64,000 bases of DNA, from NCBI RefSeq assembly GCF_009914755.1, contig NC_060925.1, one strand, 5' to 3'. Below the pieces are notes generated by a model. That model worked only from the letters and a program-made list of their open reading frames with translations, made no database searches and was not told the origin of the DNA. This DNA comes from the human T2T-CHM13v2.0 reference genome, Homo sapiens. Made by a program: the position numbers and the translations under genes. Shown in pieces: positions 53,761-64,000 of the stretch (the stretch's first letter is position 1; the number at the start of each line of letters is the position of its first letter).

Positions 53761-54405
53761 TGATGGCAGCAGCAGCCCGTCTAGGGTGGCCACTGCCGTG
53801 ATGCTGGCTGCAGCGCTCCATGAAGCGAGTGGAGCCAGGAACAGGCAGAAGCCCCGCCCCCTCCTGAGTTGATAGGGTGGGACCTTCGCGCTCACGGGTG
53901 CAGCCTCTGCCGCCCGGCTGTGGCTGCCGACCAAGGCCTCCCTGTGCTCTTGGGGGCCAGGAGCAGCCAGGAGCCCGCCCTCCCAGGCACAGCTACTGCG
54001 GCTCAAGCTGTGGCTGCAGACCCAGGCATCTCTTCACTCTCCAGGGGCTGGGAAGGACCCCGCTGCCCGCGGAGGCTCAGAAATGCCTGGTTCTGCTGCC
54101 TGGTCTCTCCCCGCTCCTGGTGCCTGCTCCACGGGCTCTGAAATGTCTGCTCCCAGTGCCTGGCTGCTCCCTGCTCCCAGTGCCCACTCTCATCTCAGAG
54201 CAAAGTTGAGGCCAAGGCCGGCGCTACTGCAACCCGGCCGGGTGTGCGCACACTCGGGCAGCGCTGACATGCCAGCCCCCTGCTGCCTCGGCCCCCTCTG
54301 GACTTTGGGCGCCAATGAGCACAGGAGGGAGGCCGAGGTGAGGGCTGAGGGCAGACCAGCACTGACCTGCAGGTGCCCCTCAGCATGAACAGCCTGGGTG
54401 CTATA
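53761..54405 (+). mobile_element. MER52-family ERV1 LTR (GC-rich, partial)
   Basis: Begins TGATGGCAGCAGCAGCCCGTCT...; contains the repeated GCTGTGGCTGCAGACCCAGGCATC blocks I recall for MER52. Confidence 0.7.
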
Positions 54406-55545
54406 ATGTTGTTCCTTCTGTTTTACTTCTAACTGCCCCTTCCTCCTGCTCGCCTCTGACTCTCTCATTGCATAATTTTGCCCCCTCTTTCTCTCCTTCA
54501 TCTTCTCCCCTTTTCCTTGCCTCATCTCATTTCCTCCTTCTGTACCTAAAAAGTTTGGCATTTGGGCTAAAAAATGAAACAACCATTTCTCTTCAGCCAT
54601 CTTCCAGCATTAAGCTTCTAATACAGAAGAGTTGGTGAGCCACCAACAATTTGAAGACATTTCTTCTAGTTCTATTCCTGTTGCATTCCCCTCCTGTTTA
54701 GTCCACTCACCAGACTATTTTTGAGTTGTGCCCTAGCTCTCTCTCCATGCTTCCACCCACCAGGACCTGGTAGATCTTACCCTCCTCACACTGCTCATTC
54801 AGCTGGTTAGAAATGAAGCCTCCCACCAGTCAGAACTGGGAAACATGGTGGGAACTAAAGAATTCTCTGTCTCCCCTTTCCTCATTGTTAGTCTTCAGTT
54901 CACTCTCTCCAGGAGCACCTAAAACAGCTTGTGACTAAACATCCCATTTGGAGCCCTGAGCAGAGACTGTGATCCACTAGATTAGGGCCTTGGGCTTCAA
55001 GCCTATACTTATTTCTAGCCTTTGGCCTATATTTAGACTTTCTGGGTACTCATGCAGAGGCTAACCACACCATGCTTTTTCCCCTAGGACAGACCATAAT
55101 GAAAGATGCTTTACCTTGAAAACTAAATGGACAGGACTTGATCACAAAGCATCACCTCTCCCCTGGACTCCAGAGGATCGTTCCTAACTGCTTACTTGAC
55201 ACATCTATTAGGTATCTCAAACTGGAAGGTCTAAAACTGAACTCTCCCTCCTCCATAATCTGCCTCCCCTTAGCCTTCCCTTTGTCAGTAAATGATGAGT
55301 TTTTTCCTTCTATTGCTCAGGTCAAAAAATCCTTTTTGTGGCTCATTTACTTCTTGCACATCAACAAATCCTATTAACTCTACCTGCAAAATATACCCAG
55401 AATTCAAATCTTGCTTGCCACGCGGCCTGTTGCCATCCAGTCCACCAACGTGGCTTGCAGCACCTCTCAACTGTTCTCTCTGCCTTACTCTTGTGTTCTA
55501 TATTCTACCCTCCACACGCAGCCAGAGGATCCTTTTTGTTTTTCT

Positions 55546-55849
55546 TTCTTGAGACAGTATCTTGTTCCATCACTGAGGCTGGAATGCAGTGGCACGATCA
55601 CAGCTCACTGCATCCTTGAAGTCCTAGCTCAAGCAATCCTCCCATCTCAACCCCCAAGTAGCTAAGACGACAGGTGCATGCCAACATGCCCAGCAAATTC
55701 TTTAAATCTTTTGTAGAGATGGTCTCCCACTATGTTGTCCAGGCTGGTCTCAAACTCCTGGCACAAGTGATCCTCCCTCCTTGAGCTCCCAAAGATTTGG
55801 GATTACAGGCATGAGTTGGGATTACAGGCATGAGCCACCATAACCAGCC
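55546..55849 (-). mobile_element. Alu (AluJ-type)
   Basis: Diverged reverse Alu with an internal TTGGGATTACAGGCATGAG duplication. Confidence 0.85.
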
Positions 55850-56444
55850 AAGGGGATCCTTGAAAAGCAGGAAAGATCTTATCACACAGCTCAAAACCTT
55901 CCTTTTCACTCACTGTCAATCCAAAGGCTAGCACCAGGTCCTCTCACTCAGTTTCAACCATACTGTCTGTTTTGCATTTCTTGTTGGCCTTTTCTTCTGC
56001 TCTTCTCTTTCCCTGGAGCCCTCTTCCCTCAGATATTTTATCTAGTCACTCCTTGACTCTCTTGAAATTTCTGCTCAAATGCCACATACTGAGAGACCTT
56101 CTGAACCACTTGCATCTCTCCCTAACCTCTTTCTATGCGTTATTTTTCTCAACAGTATGTATCACTACCCATCCCCACCAAATAATTATTTTATTTAGTC
56201 TAGGTCTTTCTGCTGGAATGTGAGCATCTTGAGGACAGATAATTTGTTTTATTCTCTGCAGCATCCCTGGTCCATGGGGCTCAGCTAGAGCAAGGGACTT
56301 TTCTGGGCAAGGCAAAAAGAACAAAGACAGATCAAGCACCTTTAGGAAAAGGTACCAAGCTTGCTGGGGCATATGGGAGACAGGGAGGTGAGGTCAGGCT
56401 GGCCAGAAGGGTCTGAAGGCCAAATAGGCCACCAGAAGCATTAG

Positions 56445-57634
<1,190 letters not shown>

Positions 57635-57649
57635 ACCCAAAAAGGAAGA

Positions 57650-60600
57650 GGGGCATCGAAGATGGTAGGAAGGACAGTTTTACATTTGCCTACATCACCC
57701 TTTCTTCAACCTCAAGCAGCACAGCAGAGAGAGATACTTTCCACTTGGAGAAAGAAGAGAGAAGTGAGCACTGGACTTTGCCTTGGACCCTAACACTGGG
57801 CCCACCCCAGTCAAACCCAGCACCAGGAAGGCCCCAATATCCCCAGACACTAAGCCAGTACATGAGGTCTAAGCCTTCAAGCGTCCCTGGCCCCAGGCTG
57901 GATCCTGCATCCCCAGGTTCCAGAGCAGGGACTCAGTCTCTGGCCTCTGAGCCTACTCCAGCACCAGGCCAGCACCAGTGGCACAGGCCTTCAAGCTTAC
58001 CCAAGCACTAGGTCAGGCCCTACAGACTCAGTCTCCAGACACACCCCAGGGTTAGGCTGACCCTGGTAGCCCAAGATCCTAGGCCTGCCTCTGCAGCTCC
58101 AGGCTTCAGGCCCACCCCAGGGCCAAGTTAGCACGTCTAGCCTCAGGCACCAGGTCAACACCCTTAGACCTTAAAGACCTAGTCTCCAAAATAGCACATA
58201 CACACACCCTTAGCCTTCAGGCCAACCCCTGTAGACCTAGGCTTCAGGCCAGCCCTCGAGGATCCAGGTACCTGGTAAGTACGTATAATCCCAGGCTCCA
58301 GTGGACTCGGGGTCCAGGCCACCCCAGCAGACCCTGGAGCCAGGCCAGCCTCTGTGGACTGAGGATCCAGTGATACTGTTGCAGATTCAGGCCTCCAAGC
58401 CAGCCTCTGTGAACTCAGGACATAGGTTTACTCCTGTAGACTTAGGCTCCAGAGGACACAGACTCCAGGCCCATCTCAGTACCTGGCTGGTCCCTGCAGA
58501 CTCAGGCTCAAGACCCACTCCAGTGGCAAGTCAGCCCTTGTAGACCTGGGATTCAGGTTTGCCACAAGGGACACAGGTTCTAGGTCCACCCCAGCAGATC
58601 CAATCAACTGGTCCACCCTAGTGGATCCAGCTTTCAGACCTGCCCGTCTGCTCATCCAGTCACTAGACCAGCAAACCTGAGGACTTAAGCAGCAGGCTCA
58701 CCCATTGGCCACAACAGGCGGCCTGCCCAGAATTTCTGTACAGGCTGACTGATAGATAAAGGGTGTTTTTAGATAATCAGGTCTTCAAAGACTGGAATAA
58801 GTAGCTACTTCTTCAAATATGCACACACCAATGCATGGAACAATCAAGAACAATTAGAAATATGCATCACCAGCTGGGTGCAGTGGCTCACGCCTGTAAT
58901 TCCAGCACTTTTGGAGGCCGAGGACTGTGGATCACTTGAGGACAGGAGTTCAAGACCAGCCTGGCCAATATGGTGAAACCCCATCTCTACTAAAATATAC
59001 AAAAATTAGCCGGGTATGGTGGTGCATGCCTGTAGTCCCGCTACTCAGGAGCCTGAAGTAGGAGAATCGCTTGAACTCAGGAAGCAGAAGTTGCAGTGAG
59101 CCGAGATCATACCACTGCACTGCAGCCTGGGCGACAGAGTGAGACTCCATCTCCAAAAAAAAAAAAAAGAAAAGAAAAGAAATATGCATCACCAAAGGGA
59201 CAAAATAAAGCACCAGTGACTGACTCTAAAAAGATGGAGATGTATAAATTGCTCAACAAAGAATTCAAAATACTTTGAATATGAATGGATTAAATTTTCC
59301 AATTAAAAAACATAGAGTGGCTGAGTGAATTAAAAAAAAAAAGACCCAACTATATGTTGCCTACAAAGCACTCACTTCACCTATGAAGACACACATATAC
59401 TGAAAGTAAAGGGATAGAAAAAGATACTCCAAGCAAATGGAAACCAAAGGAGAACAGGAGCAGGTATACTTAGATAAAATAAACTTTAAAACCTTAAGTC
59501 AAAAATTGTAAAAAGAGATAAATAAGGTCACTACATAAAAATAAAGGGATCAATTCAGCAAAAAGATACAACAATTGTAAATATATATTCACCCAACATT
59601 GGGATACCTAAATATATAAAGCAATATTAATACAGGTAAAAGGAGACATAGGTTGCAATATAATAAGAGTAGGGGACTTAAACACCCCACTTTCAGCAAT
59701 GGACAGATAATCCAGACAGAAAATCAATAAGGAAACATCAGACATAGACTAAACTCTAGACCAAATGGACCTAACACGTGTACACAGGACATTCCATCCA
59801 ACAGCAGAAGAATGCATTATCTTATATGTAGAAAACCCTAAGGACTACACTAAAAAAGTCTGTTAGAACTAATAAATTAATTCAGTAAAGTTGGAGGATC
59901 AATATACACAATCAGTAGCATTTCTACACAGTAATAGTAAACTATCCGGAAAACAAATCAAGAAAACAATCTCATTTACAGTAGCTAAAAAAAGATAAAA
60001 TACTTAAGAATAAATTTAACCAATGAGCTCTACACTAAAAACTATAAAACATTAATGAAAGAAATTGAAGAAGAAATCACTAAATGGAAAGATATTTCAT
60101 TTTAATGGATTGGAGGTATCAATATTATTAAAATGTCCATGCTACCAGAGCAATCTACAGATTCAATGCAATCCCTATAAAAATTCCAATGACAGTTTTC
60201 ACAAAATAGAAAAGACAATACTTAAATACCTTTGAGGAAGAAAAAACAATCCCAAAATTTGTACAGAATCAAAAAGAAACTACTCAATGATAAGAAAGCA
60301 AATAACCCACTTAAATAATAGGCAAAGAATCTGAATAGACATTTCTCTAGGGAAGACATACAAATGGCCAACAGATATATGCAAACGTGCTTAATATCAC
60401 GAATCATCAGGGAAATGCAACTTACAACCACAATGAGATATTACCTTCTGGCCGGGCCCTGTGGCTCACGCCCATAATCCCAGCACTTTGGGAGGCCGAG
60501 GCAGGTGGATCACCTGAGGAATTCGAGACAAGCCTGTCCAACATGGTGAAACCCTGTCTCTACTAAAAACAAAAATTATGCTGGGCGTGGTGGTGCGTTC

Positions 60601-61570
60601 CCATAATCCCAGGTACTCGGGAGGCAGAGGCAGGAGAATCGCTTGAACCCAGGAGGTGGAGGTTGCAGTGAGCCTAGATTGCGCCACTGCACTCCAGCCT
60701 GGGTGACAAGAACGAACCTCTGTTTCCTAAAAAAAAAAAAAGATATTACCTTCCATCTGTTAGAATGGCTATTATCAAAAAGATGAAAGATAACTATCAT
60801 TGGTGAGGATGAGGAGAAAAGGGAAATCTTGCACATTGTTGGTGGGAATGTAAATTAGTACAGCTATTATAGACAACAGTATGGAAGCTCCTCATAAAAC
60901 TTAAACAAAATTACCATATGATCCAGCACTCGCACTACTGGGTATATATCCAAAGTAATTGAAATCATTATGTTCAAGAGATGCCTGCACTCTCACGTTT
61001 ATTGCAGCATTACTCACAATGGGTAAGATATGGAAACAACCATAATACCCATCAAGGATGAATGGTTAATAAAATTATGTTATTTGTGACAACATGGGTG
61101 AATCTAGACAGCCTTCTGCTACCTGAAATATGCCAGGCATAGGAAGACAAATACTTCATGTTATCCCTTATGTTTTGAATCTAAAAAAATCGAACTCATA
61201 GAAAAAAGGAGTAGAATGGTGGTTATCAGAGGCTGGGAGAGGGGGGTGGAATGAGGAAAGAGGGTGGAATGTTGGTTAAAAGGTACATAGTTTTAGTTCA
61301 ACAGGAGGAATGATTTCTTGTGACCTACTGCACAGAATGGTGACTGTGGTTAATAATAATGCATATTTCAAAATTCCTGCAGGAGTGGATTTTAAATGTT
61401 CTGACCACAAAGAAATCATAAAAGCATGGGAGGTGATGGATATGTTAATTAGCCTTATTTGATCATTTCACAATGTGTACATGAATTGAAACATCACATG
61501 GTACTCCATAAAGATATATAATTATTATTTGTCAATTAAAGATAAAATATTTTAAAAAGGAAAAAATATT
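57650..61570 (+). mobile_element. Old L1 (L1MA8/9-like 3' end), internally deleted, with Alus at 58872-59181 and 60450-60740
   Basis: 5' GAAGATGG, GC-rich repetitive 5'UTR, decayed ORF2 endonuclease and post-RT segments, L1MA-type 3'UTR and A-rich tail. Confidence 0.8.
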
Positions 61571-61603
61571 AAAAACCTGGAAATAGACAAAAGAGATTAC
61601 TAG

Positions 61604-62041
<438 letters not shown>

Positions 62042-62344
62042 AAGGTTAACTTTTAGAAAACTAATAGTAATGAAAATGGTTTCTGTCTGAGAGCAAGACC
62101 AAGGATAGCAATATAAGTAAAATTTGTCAAGAGACACAACCGATTTATCTCCGGCAAAGAAAAGATAACCCCGGAGTAGAAATCCCAACTTCCATTATCA
62201 CAGTTTATTACTCAGGATATTAACCCAACTTTAATCTGTTAGCAACCTCTTTTCAGCCTTCATTTGGCTGAATTATTATTTTAAAAGTCTCTCGAAATTC
62301 TCCTTTTAATTAGTTGTAACATTGGTAACATTGTATAGGTCATT

Positions 62345-62998
62345 GACAAAGACCTTCCTTGACCAAACTTCAGTCAGGCGCCTCTGATTCCTGTTTTTGA
62401 TTAGGCCTCTACCTTGGCCCCTATCCTGTCTTTGGCCTGTAAAGCCTAGTCTTAGCAAACAGTCCTGCTAAGTCAGTTTAGTGTGAATTCCCCCAGCCTT
62501 GATATTGATCAAGTTACTCATTCCTCACCTTTGAATTTCTCACCTTTGGTGTCCAAGTCTTTGGCCTCCAGTAAGTAGAATCTTTTAAGGCCTGTTTAGT
62601 ATGTAACCCCTACTCCTATTAGTAATTTTTCCTGCCTCCCTTCCTTCCTTCTTTCCTTCTCCCTTACCCTTAATGTCTCCTATTAGTAATTTTCTTTCTT
62701 TGAAAGGCGAGCTTCATCATAGCTCACTGAAGCCTCAAACTCCTGGGCAGAAGCGATCCTCCTGACTAGGCCTCCCAAAGCACTGGGATTACAGGCCTGA
62801 GCTGCCCCACTTGGCCCATTTTCTTAGTAATTTTCCATCCACTGATCCCCCCCACCCCCCACACTCTGCTCCTTGGCTTTAAATTTCTAGTTGTCTTTGT
62901 TGATTTGGAGTTGCGCCCAGTCTCTCACCCCTATTGTAATAGTTTGAATAAAATTCTCCCTTGCTGTTTGAACAAGTATCAGAATAATTTTCTCTTTA
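62345..62998 (+). mobile_element. MER31-like ERV1 LTR containing an Alu monomer (~62700-62815)
   Basis: TGACAAAGAC...CCTTGACCAAACTT start; internal AATAAA at 62947. Confidence 0.6.
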
Positions 62999-63069
62999 AA
63001 GTTATTATCTTTCATCATTAGTTAATTGAATAAAATCTTGACACGTGGATTTTATATTTGTATGACATT

Positions 63070-63378
<309 letters not shown>

Positions 63379-64000
63379 TGCATGACATATATTTTAGTTT
63401 TTGAAAAATATTTTAGCAAAAGTCACTTTAGTGAGGCCTTACTTAACTGCACAGTCTAAAAATAGAACTTCTCCACCACTTCATTGCTTTTGGTTTTTCC
63501 TCACACTCTGTACATGTGATTGTGCTGGTCATCTCCTTCACTAGCAAATCAGCTCACCAAGTTGGGGCTTTGTCTATTTACCGTTGTGTTCCCAGTGGAC
63601 ACTCGATGTTAAGATTCAACGAATGAATGCCTGGACGAGTGGTATCTGGGCTCACAGGTAACCTCACAGCCCACCGGGAGGACACTGCCAGAGCTGCTCT
63701 GCACTGCGAGTCCCGGGCCTTCCCATTGGACGCTAAGGCACTCGTTAACTGCTGTGTAAACGCAGCCTGACTTCCCTCACCTCAGGCGAGGCCCGCATCA
63801 GGCCCCTCTGACCTAGGACCTCCCGATCCGGCCGTTATCGCCAACCGTATCTGTGTGGTTTCGTGGAGGAAGCGCGGTGGACCTTGAGGGGAGGGTACGC
63901 GCAGGCACAATAAAGCAGAAAGCCGCTATAATAATGATGATAATGAAGAAAAACAAAAGCATCCATTCGTCACTTAGTGGCAAGCGTTTTTCCAACTACT

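Noticed and set aside
53572-54388. GC-rich ORF cluster as a processed pseudogene
   Set aside because: Most of it matches a MER52-type LTR, and I found no poly(A)/TSD or recognisable parent protein.

Overview
This is human (primate) genomic DNA. I recognise it as the distal 1q44 cluster SH3BP5L(-) / MIR3124(+) / ZNF672(+) / ZNF692(-). All three protein-coding genes can be rebuilt from splice sites in the sequence. SH3BP5L has 6 coding exons and 393 aa. ZNF672 has a single coding exon (452 aa, 14 C2H2 fingers) behind three non-coding exons. ZNF692 has 11 coding exons and 519 aa, with one GC-AG intron. Three CpG-island promoters lie at about 16.3-17.0, 28.4-29.6 and 48.6-49.8 kb. The rest is dense in repeats: over 25 Alus, a full-length SVA, MER30/MER3/MER33 DNA elements, LTRs, L2 and an internally deleted old L1. 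The most unusual structure is in ZNF672 intron 1 (31.0-33.0 kb). A 12 x 54-bp VNTR with higher-order structure sits next to a non-Alu inverted repeat with ~290-bp arms. One arm later gained a 66-bp triplication and an Alu, yet the arms still share a perfect 49-bp match. Repeat-family names come from recalled consensus sequences and need RepeatMasker/Dfam confirmation.
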